NCBI GenBank assembly: GCA_943704415.1 | Contig: CALSCO010000081.1 | Span: forward strand, 1-56,184 | Length of the DNA stretch: 56,184 bases | Direction of reading: 5' to 3' | Origin: Parvularia atlantis | Taxonomy: Eukaryota | In this document: positions 22,709 to 35,532 of the stretch, piece by piece | How the letters are laid out: each line of letters starts with the position of its first letter | Numbering within the stretch: the stretch's first letter is position 1 | The notes under the pieces: model-generated | The model's database searches: none | What the model saw: the letters and a program-made list of their open reading frames with translations, nothing else | Told to the model about the DNA's origin: nothing | Translations under genes and position numbers: made by a program

Positions 22709-25700
22709 TCACGTCAGATCGCCCAGCTCGAAGATGCTCGCAGCCGTGTCAGCGGCGCTTAACGCAGCAGCAGCGTCCTGCACGCGTCCGCGCTGGCCAT
22801 GTTGCGTCAGCCGCAGGCGCCCACCAACCGCGTCCGCGCCGCACACGCACCTTCTCGAGTTCGCGCACGATCTGCACGTCGTCCGGCCAGACGAGGGCGC
22901 GCGCCGCCTGCAGTGCGCGGTCGAGCAGCAGCGCGCCCACGACGACGACGAGCACCGTCGGCAGGTACGCTGGGCAGTCGCGGAACAGCTGCCGAGTGCG
23001 AGCCCCGTCAGTGCACGCGCAGGCGGCGACGCCGGCCGCACCCGCCGAAACACGCCGTGCAGGATGAAGCTCAGCCCGGGCGTGCTCGAGTAGACAAGCA
23101 TAAACAGGAACCACACCGCGAGCGAGCCCATGTTGACGATCCAGTTGGCCCACGTCTGGTTGTGCGCCTCAAGATGCCCGATCTGCACCGCACGCAGACA
23201 GGGTCGGCACCACAAGACGTGCGTGCAGTAGGAGCGCACACCTTGAGCGTGACGACAAAGACGATGCACGTGTACACGACCTCGCCCATCAGGTACATGC
23301 CGTCGTCGTGGCCAAACGAGCGCGCCTGCACGATGCGCTCAGCCGCGGCACTCACGAGCACGAGCCATGCGCACGCACCCCGACAAGTCCAAACATCGCA
23401 AAGATGGACAGCGCGCACACGAGCGCGTGCAGCACGCCCTGGGCCATCGTCAACCAGAACACTGTGCGCGTCTCAGCCGAGCCCACCCGCAGCAACGCAA
23501 TGCGGGCGCACCACGGTAGTTGTACAGCTGCGACGCGCGCCCGATGCCGTACAGCTGCGGCACGGCCAGCAGTGTGCGCTCGTCCACGTCCTTCTCGAGC
23601 GCGCCGACAAAGATCACGGGCAGGACCGCAAACAGCACGTTGTACGACGCGAGCGTCCACTGCTCGTACATGGACGTGCCGCTGAAGCCGGTGAAGCCTG
23701 CCACCGACAGTGCGCATGAGTACGCGCTGGCTGGTCGCACCGCTGCCCGCACCCTGGAACGTCGCCTGGGTCATGTACAGCGCCATGCACTTGTAGAACG
23801 AGCCGAGCAGGAAGCGCGCCACGCGCACGTACGACCAGTGCCCTGCCACGCCGCGTCAGCGGCCGCCTGCCCGCCGAGCGAGGCGCGCCACCGTGCACGA
23901 GCAGTAGGCGCTGCAGGAAGCGGAACTGCGCGATTGTGTAGTCGGACGAGCGCGCCGCCTGGAGGCCCTCCTGCGCCCGCGCCCGCTTGTCAAACTCGCC
24001 ATCGGGTCGCGCGTGTGCGCCCGGTGCACCTTGCCCGTGATGCCCACGCCGACGTGCGCCGCCTGGATCATGCTGATGTCGTTTGCGCCGTCGCCGATCG
24101 CGAGCGTGATCGCGCCCCAGCGCTCGCTGCTGCGCGTCAGGCGGTGCGTGTGCGAGACAGCGCGACCACCGTACCGCACGGCGCGCACGACGTCGGCCTT
24201 CTGCATCGGCGAGACGCGGCAGCACACGACGCTGGCGGTGTGCGCCGAGATCGCGAGGAACTGCACACAGTGAGCCAGCTGCGAGCGCCATTTGGTGGGC
24301 GCGCACCTCCTGCCGCAGAGACGGCGCAGCCAGAATCTCGTGCAGCGTCGCGCCGTCGACGACCATGACCGAATGCCGCCGCAGATCCGTCTCGGCCATG
24401 AAGCTGAACGCGCGCTCGAGTTGTCCGTGGACCGACTCACGCGCGCTGCTGATTACAAACAGCTGCGCGCAATGCTGAGCCGCGCCACAGGCAGGACGGC
24501 AGGCGCACGTTCGAGTCGGCGTGTATCAGGTCGGCGGCGTAACCCACGTTCACGGCCGTCTCGAGCTTGTCGCCCGTGAGCACCCACACGCGGATGCCGG
24601 CCGTCGTCAGGCACCGGATCGTCTCGGGCACGCCAGCCTGGCGCCGAGCATCAGCTTGCGCACGGCCTGCGTGCGCACACGCACCTGCAGCCTGTCCTCG
24701 ATCGCCGTCGTGCCCAGCAGCACCAGGTCCGCTTCGATCATCTCGGCCGCCTTGTCGAGCTTGTCCTGCCTGCCGACAATCGCAACGGACGCGTCGTGAT
24801 ACACCTGACGCGCGCGGCGCACGATGAGGCGCGGACAGCGGCCGCACGGAGGGCAGCCGCACCGCATGCCAGCGCTCGTACTGCTCAGGCGAGAGCTCCG
24901 ACATGGCGTAGACGAGCGTGCGCAAACCCTCGCGTGCAAACTGGTCGATGTGAAGACGCGTCTTCACCAGCAGCGCCTGCCAGCGCAAGTGAGCAAGCTG
25001 ATCATTGACGCCGGGCTGCAGTACCGGCACACCTCGCTGCCGGCGTCCTGCCGCACGCGCTCGAGGATGACCTGGTCCGCACCCTTGCACAGCAGCACGA
25101 CGCAGCCCTCGGGCGAGCTGCAAGCCTGATCAGTGCCTACGCTGGGTGGCGTAGAGATGCACCGAACGATGACCGACATGCGTTTGCGGTCGGACGTAAA
25201 CTCGAGCACGTGCAGTACGTGGAACTCGGCCGTGACGCCGTCGACCTGCGCGCGCGCGCTCAGCGCCGGCCCGCACACGCGCAGCAAGGCAGCGGGCGCA
25301 CCTCAATCACGATGACGTCCGAGCGTCGGCCGACAACGCGGAAGCCGAGCTCGGCCGCGCCGACGACGAGCGCGACCTCGTCAGGCGACGAGCCCTGGTA
25401 CACGACTGTGCCGTCGGTGTGCGCGGGAACAATCGTGTGGCAAAGGGCGACGGCCGTGAGCATCTGGTTGGCCGCGCGCTGTGCTGCCGCGTCGCCCTCC
25501 TGCGCCCGTCGCTCAGTCGATTGCGCGTACGAGTGAGTGCGGCACAAGGCGCGCACGCGACGCAAGCGGAGCAGCTCGCGCGTCGTGGGACCACTCACGC
25601 CCGCGATGCGATAAGCGAGGCGTCAGCAGCACGAGTGCACGCCGCGCCGCACGCACGCTGGCGGCTCGCCGTCATCGACGTGCGCGTACGCCGTGCCGCC

Positions 25701-27412
25701 GACGCTCAGCTTGCGGAAGATCATGATGTTGTCGGTGAGCGTGCCCGTCTTGTCCGAGAAGACGTACGCGACCTGCCCGAGCTCCTCGTTGACCGAGCTT
25801 GTGCTGCGCGCGTCGCCTGGCTCAGTGTGTGTGCGTCGCAGGCGACACGACAGCGCCGCACCGCGCCTGCGCCGGGGTGTCGCTCTCAGCGTGATACATC
25901 TGCACGTCGCTGCCTGCGTGCACGGGTGAGCGTGGCTAACGCAGCAGCGCCAAGCCCGCCGCACCGATGAGTGACGCCTGGACGAGCTTGACGATCTCGA
26001 GCGTGACGTAGAGCGAGATCGGAATGAGCGTGTTGTACAGGATCAGGAACGTGCCTGCCGGCCGGGTCGCGCGTGAGGAACCAGGGGCGGCGGACGCAGG
26101 CGTGCCTCACCAAACGCTCCCACCGGGTTGAAGGCGCTCATGGCGTCGCCGATGTACCACATCGCCGCGCGGTACTGCGCGTGCCAGGCCTGTGGGCGCG
26201 CGCCAGCATGAGAAGGCGTGGGGCAGCACGAGAGCGCGGCGTGCCCAGCTCAGGCCGGTGAAGAGCAGCGCGAGCGCGACGAGAAGCCCAAACATGCTCG
26301 CGACGAGCCAGTTTGTAATGCGCTCCATCGTCGCCTGCTTGGTCGGGGCCGGCGTGGCGTTCATGCGCACTTTCGTCTCCTCGCCCGTGTACACGACCAC
26401 GCCTGTGTGCGGCGCGGGCCAGTCAGCGGTCGCGGGTGCATGCAGCGGTGCGGCGTCTACCGAGGATTTCGCGCGTGTGCATCAGTCGCGACCCGCGCAG
26501 GAGCAGCTGCTGCGCCGCCAGCGGCAGCTCGCGCCCGTCGACTGTCACGGCGCCGTCAAACGTGTATAGGCTCGCGCTCGGCCGCTCGGCGCGGATCTCG
26601 CCAGCGACCGCGTGTGGTGCGATGAAGCGCTCCTGCGTCGCCTTGAGCGCGCAGCGCTCCTTCAGGTTGGACTGCGCGCGGCGCGTGCGTGAGCACGTGC
26701 ACAAGGACCCAGCCGCGCGCGCACCTCGCCGTCGAGCGACGACGTCTCCACGTAGCACGCGCCGTTGTCGAGGCTCGTGTGCAGCACGACGACGTCGGCC
26801 GGCAGGCCCTGGCCGTCCGTGACGGTGACGAGGTCGCCGACGACAAGATCGCGCCAGCGCACGTGCTGCCATCGCTGTTGTGCGGGTCAGGCGCCACGCG
26901 CGGCGACGGCACCCGCGATCGCGCACGTTGTCGCGCCAGACCGTCGCCGGCAAGTTGTTCTCGGCGCTGTCCTGGCGGTGGCGCAGCACGTCGTCGTACG
27001 CCTCGCGCGCCATGCCGAGCGCGACAAAGACGACGAGCGGGGCGATGGTCGTGTACTGGCCCGTGGGCGACAGGCCCGGGATCTGCTGCAGCGCGCCGAT
27101 GAGCAGGAAGTAGACGTTGGCGATCTTGCTGAACTGCGCCACGAGCTGCTTCGGCACAAAGTCGACCGGGTTGTACCGCGCCGTCTGCACGCGGTTCGAC
27201 GCAAACTGCGCTGCCGCGATCATCGCCGCGTCGCGCTCGAGCGGCACGCGCCGGCCTGGCGCCCGCATCGCCTCAGCGACCGATCGCATCGATCCGCGCG
27301 TACAGCGCCGCGCACCTTCCGGCCCGTCCGCGTCCGCGCGCGACGCCGCGCCGCGCCACTCGGCGAGCCGGCGCGTCCACGAGTCGCGCAGACGAAGCAG
27401 CATCAGCGACAT
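22709..27412 (-). CDS. P4-type ATPase (phospholipid flippase, Drs2/Dnf-like)
   Basis: [135 protein letters not shown]. Confidence 0.95.
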
Positions 27413-27493
27413 GCCTACACGCGGCTGTGCTTTGCGAGGTAGCGGGTTGGGTGCAGGCGATATAGGAGCGGTCTGGAAGATTCGAGAAGTGGA

Positions 27494-30432
27494 ATGGGCG
27501 CGTCGGTGAGCCACACCCTGACGACCGAGGCGCAGACGGCGCGCGTGCGCGAGCGCTGGGGCGACCGGGCGGCCGATGCGGTCGGGCAGGTGCGCGCGGC
27601 TGCAATGGGGACGCGGCGATGCTGACCGATCGCGATCAGGCAGCGGCGATCTTCCAGAGCCTCGATGTCGTCGCGGACGGCGTGCTGAGCCGCGCCGAGT
27701 TCGGCAAGTCGCTCGGGATGCTCGGCACGTCCAATCCGCAGCTGAGCAGCTTCTTGTTTGACGTGCGCGCCGTCGCCCTCGTCCGTGCTGTTGTTGACGG
27801 CGCGTATCGTCAAGGCGATCGACCGCGACGGCAACGGCGACATCAGCCTGGACGAGTTTGTCGAGTTCATGATGATCCAGTTCTTCGGCACGATCAAGGA
27901 CAAGCTCGAGTTTGGCTTCCGCGTCATCGACCTCGACAAGAACGGCATCATCACCAAGGCGCGGCGGGCGCCGGCGAGAGCGACGGGCGGCTGACTTGTC
28001 GCGCCAGGTCGAGCTCGTGACCATGATCACGACGTTCTTCCGCCTGCTGACGTCGTTCCAGCTGCGCGCGCCCGAAGTGCTCACGCCGCGCCGCGCACTG
28101 CCGCCGCTGACAGGCGCGATCGCAGGTCACGGCGTACATCGACGCGCTCTGGGAGCTGTGGGTGCGCGCGGCCGCGAACGTCTGGCGTGCGCACGTGCTG
28201 AGCATACGCGCGCGCTGCAGGACCTCAACAAGGACGAGCAGATCTCGGCCGAGGAGTACTACAACGGCTGCATCTCCAACCCGCAGTTCATCAAGTACCT
28301 TGGCATGACCTGTGCGCCCCCTAATGCCTGCCGCGCAAGCATCGTCTGAGCGCGTGCGCACAGACAACGGGCCCGTCGACGGCGTGCGGCAGATCGGCAA
28401 GAAGGTGTTCATGGGCCAGGCCAAGTGGGACTTTATGCTCAGCGTGATGATCGGCATCCAGGTGCGCGCACGCGTCACACCCGGCAGCACGCGGCCAAAC
28501 GCGCACACGCACGCAGATCGCCACCGAGAACCTGGGCCTGCCGCTGCAGCGCGAGTTCTTGGCGGGTGCGTGTGACGCCGGCCGCTGATGAGCTACTGAC
28601 CGCGCGTCCGTAGATGACTTTACCAAGACAGTGACGCTGCAGCTGCCGTCGGACAACCACCACGTGGAGATCGAGAGCACTGCGCCGGACGTGCGTGCGC
28701 GACACCGTGTGCTGGCGCGGCGTTGACGTGGCTTGGCGCGGGCGCAGGTCTTCCGCGAGATCCGCAAGGCGTGCGGCGTAAGCGACCAGAGCTTCACGTC
28801 GTCGCTCGGCGTGCAGCAGATCCTGGGCAGCCTGTTGATGGGCGACCTGACGGGCCTGTCGGAGCTCGTGTCCGAGGGCAAGAGCGGTGCGTCGCGCCAG
28901 GGGGGGGGGGGGGGGCCAGCTCGTTGCGCGTCACGCTCACAGAGCGCGCGACGCAGGGAGCTTCTTCTACTTCTCGGCCGACAACCGCTATCTCGTCAAG
29001 ACGATCTCGCAGAGCGAGCGGCGCACGCTCGTTGCGATCTTGCCAAACCTGCTGAAGGCGCGTACCGCAGCTGCACCGCCGAGCCAAGCCGTGCCCTGAC
29101 ATGCGCACGCGACACGATCGCAGCACATGCAAGAGCAGCCGAACACGCTCATCACGCGCATCTACGGCCTGTACCGCATCCACCTAGACGACACCGTGCG
29201 GCGCTTTGTGGTGCGAACGGACGGGTGGCGTGCGCAGCTGGCTCGCCTCATGCACGGGCCGTGCGCAGGTCATGGCCAACGTCTTCAACGCGGCCCTGTC
29301 GATCAGCGAGCGGTACGACATCAAGGTGCGCAACAACACGCACACGTACGCATCCTTGGCATGCGGCCGACGCGGCTCGCAGGGCTCGACCCTCGGCCGC
29401 ACCGTGGGCGACGAGAATCTGAACAACACGTCGCTCGTGTTCAAGGACCTGGACTTTATCAAGAAGGGTGTGTGCTCGAGGCTGCGGTGCTCGCCAGTGA
29501 CACAGCGAGCGACCGCAGGCCGCAAGATCAACGTGCGCAGCGAGCTGCGCGAGCCGCTGCTGCGCCAGATCTGCGCCGACTCCAAGTTTCTCGAGGTTTG
29601 CGCCATGCCATTGTGCTGTGCCACCGTTGACGGCAATGCGTCCGGCGTGCCGCAGGCCAACGGCATCATCGACTACAGCCTCTTGCTGGGCGTGCACAAG
29701 AACAAGAACCCGCCGAGCACGTCCATCCCAATCAATGTCGTCGGCGGCGCGCCGTCCTTGCCCGCCGTCGCGACGCCGCCGATCGTGCCGGCCGTCGTGG
29801 CCACGGCGCCCGCGCGCACGTTTGGTGCGCACGCGTCGCCCGTTCGCTGCGCTGCTGACGCGTGCGCGCCGTGCAGGCCGCTTCGACGGCCGCATGTCAA
29901 TCTCGCGCGTCTTCACGCGGCGCCGGAAGCCATCGAGCGACGCGCGCGCGGTCTACTCAAACATGAGCGACACGGAGCTGCCGTCGGGCCGCTCGCTGTT
30001 TCAGCAGGACGACGGCGGGATGCTCTCGGAGCGGTGCGGCTTTTTGCTGCGCTGGCTTGCGCGTGCTGAAACAGCTGCTGCGCACGCAGCACGGACGCAG
30101 ACGGGTCGATCGTGCGCGGCGAGGTGCGTGCGCCGCCTGGCGGCTGCCGCGTCTGTGACGGACGCACGATGCAGGAGATCTTGTTCGTGGGCTTGATCGA
30201 CACGCTGATCTCGTACGAGGCCTTCAAGCTGGGCGAGCACCTGGTGCGCCTCGCCCACGCCGCGCCTGTACGCACTCGCTCATCACGCGCACACGCGCGC
30301 GCACAGGTCAAGTCGATCATCTACGACGGCTCGCAGATCTCGGTTGTGCCGCCGGAAAAGTACGGCCCGCGCTTCCGGGCGTTTGTGGCGCAGCAGGGCT
30401 TTGACGCCGAGCCGCCGGCCGAGGACAAGTGA
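27494..30432 (+). CDS. Fusion of an N-myristoylation motif, a four-EF-hand (NCS/calcineurin-B-like) domain and a phosphatidylinositol phosphate kinase (PIP5K) domain
   Basis: Exon 1 (27494-27589) encodes MGASVS... and splices in frame to 27640. EF loops are DVVADGVLSRAE, DRDGNGDISLDE, DLDKNGIITKVE and DLNKDEQISAEE. PIPK motifs are SEGKSGSFFYFSADNRYLVKTI, TLITRIYGL, VMANVF, YDIKGS, FKDLDF, DSKFL...IIDYSLLLGVH, GLIDTL and ISVVPPEKYGPRF. Confidence 0.9.
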
Positions 30433-30465
30433 TACATGCTTCTTTCGTGTGCGTGCCCCAGCTGC

Positions 30466-31624
30466 TCAGCCGTCGCAGACGACCATGGAGTAGCCGTAGC
30501 CGCACGCGACCAGCACGGCGGGCGCGGGCAGCGGCACAGCGACGGGCGTGTTGACGACGGTCGCGTCGATGTCGGCGCTGACCATGCTGTGCTCATTCCA
30601 GCCCCAGGCAAGCACGCGCCCGTCTGCGCACGCGCCGTCAGAGCAGAGCACGCACGAACGTTGGAGCAGGCGACGCACCGTCCATGAGCGCGAGGACGTG
30701 CTGCGAGCCGCACGCGACGTCGCGCACGGCACCCGGCAGCGGTACCTTGTTCGGCACGGCCGCGTCGCCCAGCCGCGCGCCCAGCTGGCCGTATGCGTCG
30801 CTGCCCCAGGTGACAAGGGCGCGGTCGGCAGCGTCGCGCCCGGCGCAGAACGCCCAGCCGCACGCGATCGCGTCGAGCGGCGGCGCGGCGAGCTCGAGGC
30901 AGACGGCGGCGTCGTTGTCGCGCGCGTCGCCGAGCACGACGACGGCGCCGGCGCGGCGCAGCAGCAGCAGCGAGATGCGCTCGCCGGCCGCGATGCGCCG
31001 CACGGGGTCGCGCGCGGTCCACGTGAGCGCCGTAGGCCGCGCGACGACGCCGCTCGCGCCAGGGCCGAGCCCGAGCCCAAGCCGGCCGTGCCGCGCCGCG
31101 CCCCAGACGAGCACGCTGCCGTCGTCAGCGAGGGCGAGCGAGTGCCGCACGCCGGCTGCGAGCTGCACGACGCGCGCGTCGATCGGGACGTGCCGCGGCG
31201 TTGCCGTGCCGTCAGCGCCGTCGACGCCGAGCTGCCCGTGCGCGTTGGCGCCGAGGGCCGCGACGGCGCCGTCGGCCGCAAGGAGCAGTGCGTGGGCCCA
31301 GCCGCACGCCACGTCGGTCCAACGCCCCTCAACGCGGCGCAGCACGTCGGCGGAGGCAGCCGGCAGCGCGCCGTACGCGTCGCCCGCGAGCCACGCCGCA
31401 CCGGCGCCGTCGATCAGCACCGTGAGGCCGCCGCCGCCCGCGATGCGCGCGATCGGCCCGCGCAGGCCCGACGGCAGCAGCACTGGCGTCGGCCGGGCGC
31501 GGTCGGCCGTGTCGCCGTGGCCCTGCTGTCCCTGCGCGTTGGCGCCCTGTCCGTGCGCGCGCTTCGGTAAGCGGCCTGATCTGGTCGATCAGCCCGCTGT
31601 GCGCACCCAGGCAAGCAGCTGCAT
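30466..31624 (-). CDS. RCC1-repeat protein (Ats1/Kti13- or SERGEF-like)
   Basis: [29 protein letters not shown]...[22 protein letters not shown]...[37 protein letters not shown]. Confidence 0.85.
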
Positions 31625-31702
31625 GGACGTAGAACTGCAATGACTTTGCTTTCGGCGCTGCCTCGCCGCGGCACCCCAACAACACACGACCCGCCACGGC
31701 GC

Positions 31703-33415
31703 TCACAGGCTGATCATCGCGTCGCGCGCCGCGCCCACGCCCACCCACTTGATCGGCACGCCCACCAGCTCCTGCACGCGCAGCACGTACGCACGCGCGT
31801 TGGCCGGCAGGTCGCCCAGCTGGCGCGCCGCGCTGATGTCGGTCTTCCAGCCCGGCAGCGTCTCGTACACGACCTCGACGCGCGCCAGCACGCCCAGATC
31901 GGCTGAAAAGCCGCGCACAGGCGTCAGGCGAGCGCTGAACGCCGCAGCGGGCCGCACACCAGGCATGGATCGCAGCTCCTGGCCGTCGACCTTGTACGCC
32001 ACGCCGATCTTGAGCTCTTCCAGGTCGTCGAGCACATCCAGCTTGGTCAGGTTGATCCTGCGCGGTTGGTGAGCACCAGACGACCGCGTGCTCGCAGGCG
32101 AACCCCGTGTAGCCGTTGATCATGGTGGAGTACTTGAGCACGACGGCGTCGAGCCAGCCACAGCGGCGCTTGCGGCCGGTAGTCACGCCGACCTCGTGGC
32201 CGACCTTTTGCAGATGCTCGCCGATGGCCTGCGCTTGGTCAGGGCGGGCGGCCAGCGACAGACGCACAGCGCACGTTCAGCTGCTCGGTGGGGAAGGGAC
32301 CCTCGCCCACGCGCGTCGTGTACGCCTTGACGACGCCGTAGACATCGCCAATGACGTGCGGCGGGATGCCGAGGCCCGTGCACGCGCCGCCGACGGCGGC
32401 CGACGACGAGGTCACGTACGGGTATGAGCCAAAATCGAGGTCGAGCATGACTGCGTTGGCGCCCTCGACCAGCACGTGCTTCTTGGCCTGCACATACGCG
32501 GTGAGCAAGCGCGGCCGGCGAGCGAGCGCACGCGGACCTTGATCGCCTCGTGCATGAAGACGACCGAGTCGACGACCATCGGCCGCAGGCGCTCGGCGAG
32601 CGTCTGGCGCGGCGCTTGAGCCGCCCGTGCGAGCGCGTCGGCGGCCGCGTGCCGCGCACTCTGAGCGTCGCGAGCTCGGCCTCGCCGTCGTGCTCAAAGT
32701 TGCCGAAGCGCTTCTTCATGACGTCGAGGTTGGCGCGGAAGCGCTGCGCAAACGACTCGAAGTTGAACAGGTCGTGGATGCGCAGGCCCGTGCGCGTCGC
32801 CTTGAGGCTGTAGGTTGGTCCGATGCCCTTGCGCGTGGTGCCGATGCTGCCATGTAGGGCGGCGCGATTATGGCGCGCTTCGCGATGAGACGCGGCGCGC
32901 ACCTCGAGCTGCCACGCTCGCCCTCCTCCAGCCCGTCGACCTTTTGCAAAAAGTCGGTGACGATGTGCGCGCGGTCCGACACGAACGTGCGGCCCTCCCA
33001 CGCCACGCCCTTGCCCTTGAGCTTGTCGAGCTCCTGGAACAGGGCCGGGACGTGCACGACGACGCCGTTGCCGATGAGCACCTGGCACGCCGGGTTGACG
33101 AGGCCGCTCGGGACCATGTGGAAGTCGTACATGACGCCGTTGAGCACGATCGTGTGGCCCGCGTTGTTGCCGCCCTAGGTGCACCCGCCTCAGTCGTCTG
33201 TAACGGGCGGCGCGTTGCACTGCGGCGCCTGCACCTGGCACCGGGCCACCACGTCTGCCGTCTGCGCGAGCACGTCGACGAGCTTGCCCTTGCCCTCGTC
33301 GCCCCACTGCGCGCCCGCCGTCCCGCCGTCAGTGCCAGGCGCAACAGACGAGGCCGCAGCAGGGAACACGACGCGCCTGCGCCCCCATCACGGCGACCAC
33401 GTGGCCGCCCGCCAT
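31703..33415 (-). CDS. ADE12: Adenylosuccinate synthetase
   Basis: [93 protein letters not shown]. Confidence 0.97.
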
Positions 33416-33491
33416 ACTTGCGCGCTCGAGCGTCGAATTTGGTTAACATACCGGCCCGGGTCACTCAGCTTGGTAGTTGCCTCACTGTCGC

Positions 33492-35492
33492 TCACGGCCG
33501 TGCGCTGCTCGAGCCGAAGGCGTCCCACGGGTTGGCCTGCAGCTGTTGTTGCTGTTGTTGTTGTTGCTGTTGCTGCAGCTGCTGTTGCTGCCAGAGGCGC
33601 TGCTGGTCAAACAGCGACGGCTCGACCAGGGCGTCCAGGTTCTTGAACGCGGCGTAGGGGTCGCTCGGGTCGTGCCGTGCGGGCTGCAGCGGCACGGGCG
33701 TGACGTAGCGCAAGTTCTCCGTCGATCGGCTGGCCGGCATCATCGGCATCGCAGGCGCGAAGACCGGCGCCTGCTGGTAGAGCGGCGGCAGGGCGCCCGG
33801 CGGTGCGAACGCCCGCGGGTTGTCGTATGTGCGCGAGCGCGAGCGCGGGTTGCCGGCGGCGTCGACCAGCGGCGTCAGGAGGCTGCTGGACGGCGGCGGC
33901 ACGGTGGGTGTGACGATTGTGGACACGTCCACGAAGCCGAACGGATTGCTCGGCGTCGCCTGCTGCCAGTCGGCGCGCACGGTCGGGGCCGCAGCCGGCC
34001 CGAAGGACTGCACCGGCGGAAAGGCAGCGGCAGCGGCGGGCGGTGCTGCGGCGGTCGGTGGCCGCGCAGCGTACGGTTGCGCAGCGGTCGAGTCGAACGC
34101 GGCCCAGTCGGCACGGAATGGAGCGGTTGCAGCCGTCGAGGCGGTAGAGGCAGCTACAGCAACGGCGGCAGAGGCAGCGGCGGCCGCAGCAGCGTCTTGC
34201 GGCGAGCTCGAGCCGACAAACGACGAGCGGCGGCCGGCCCGTGCCCCGCTCGGCGTCACAGGCGGCTCGAGCGTCACCGGTCGCCCCGACGGCGACGGCG
34301 GCACGGACCCGCTGCTCGATCGCGGCCCGGCCGGGGCGGCGATCGAGGTCTGCAAGCTCGGCGGCGGCTGTGTAGGCTCTGTGCCTGCTGCTGGCGAGCG
34401 CGACTGCGACCGGGCGGGTACGCGGGCCGCCACGTCCTCCTCCTGCTGCAGCCGCCGTGCAAACTCGGCGTCGGCCTGCTCCTGCTTGGCGCGCTCGTGG
34501 GCCAGGCGCTGCTCCTCGTTCTGCAGCCGCTGCGCGATCTTCTCGTCGATCTTGCGCAAGTTCTCGCGGCCCTTGAGCTCGTCGATGCGTCGCAGCGCCT
34601 CCTGGTCGGCGGCCGCGTTGACGCCCGAGCCGAATGAGGCCTTGGACGGCGGCGGCGGCAGGCTCGGCAGGCGCACGAGATGCCCGGCTGCACGATCAGT
34701 CAGCTAGAGGACGCGCGTTCAAGAGGCGGCCAGTGCGCACCGGACTGCGTCTGCCGCACAAACTCCTGGTCGGCCAGGCTGAGCTTGTCGAGGGCGACGG
34801 CGATCTTGATGCCGTTCATCTTATGCAAGATGGCCTTGCCGCTCGGGTCCATGCCAAGAAACTGCGCCTCGACCTTGAACTGCCCGAGCAGGTCGCTCCA
34901 CTCGCGCGTCTTGGACGGGTCGGGCTTGTCAGTCGAGCTGGCGAGCTCTGGCCGGCTTGGCAAGGCGCGCGGCGGCGTGGGCTGCAGCGCGGGCTCGAGC
35001 TGCAGGTGCGGTTGCGCCCTGGCCGGGAGGGGCGAGCCCACGGTCGCGGACGGGACGGTGGGCGAGAACGCGATCATGTTGTCTGTGCAGACGGGCATGT
35101 CAACGGCTCACACGCAGCGCGCGCGTGTGCGCCCGTACCCGTGCGCGGCGGCGGCGGCGGCTGCAGCTGCACCTGGCGCTCGGGCACTTTGGGCTTCTCA
35201 CCTGCACGCCTCCCCCAAACCGGCCCGTGGTCAGCGTCGAGGGGCCCAGCGGCGGCGCACGCACCCTTCTTGGACTTGAAGAAGAAGCTGCGCCCGCTCA
35301 GGCTCGGGCGGCTGCTGTCCTTGGCCGGAGTCGGCGTCTCACGCTGCGGTAGCTCTAGCGGCGTGACGGGCACGAGCGGTGCGGCAGCAGCTGCGGCCGA
35401 CGACGAAGACAGCACGCCCGGCGGCGTGTTGTTGCGGCGCAACGTGATGTCCTCGAGCATCGCCAGCCCGGCCGCGTCCGCCTGCTGCTTGA

Positions 35493-35532
<40 letters not shown>

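Noticed and set aside
27619..28020. EF-hand ORF starting at 27619 as a separate calcineurin-B-like gene
   Set aside because: The ATG at 27619 lies inside the predicted intron 27590-27639, and downstream exons splice on into the kinase domain without a stop.
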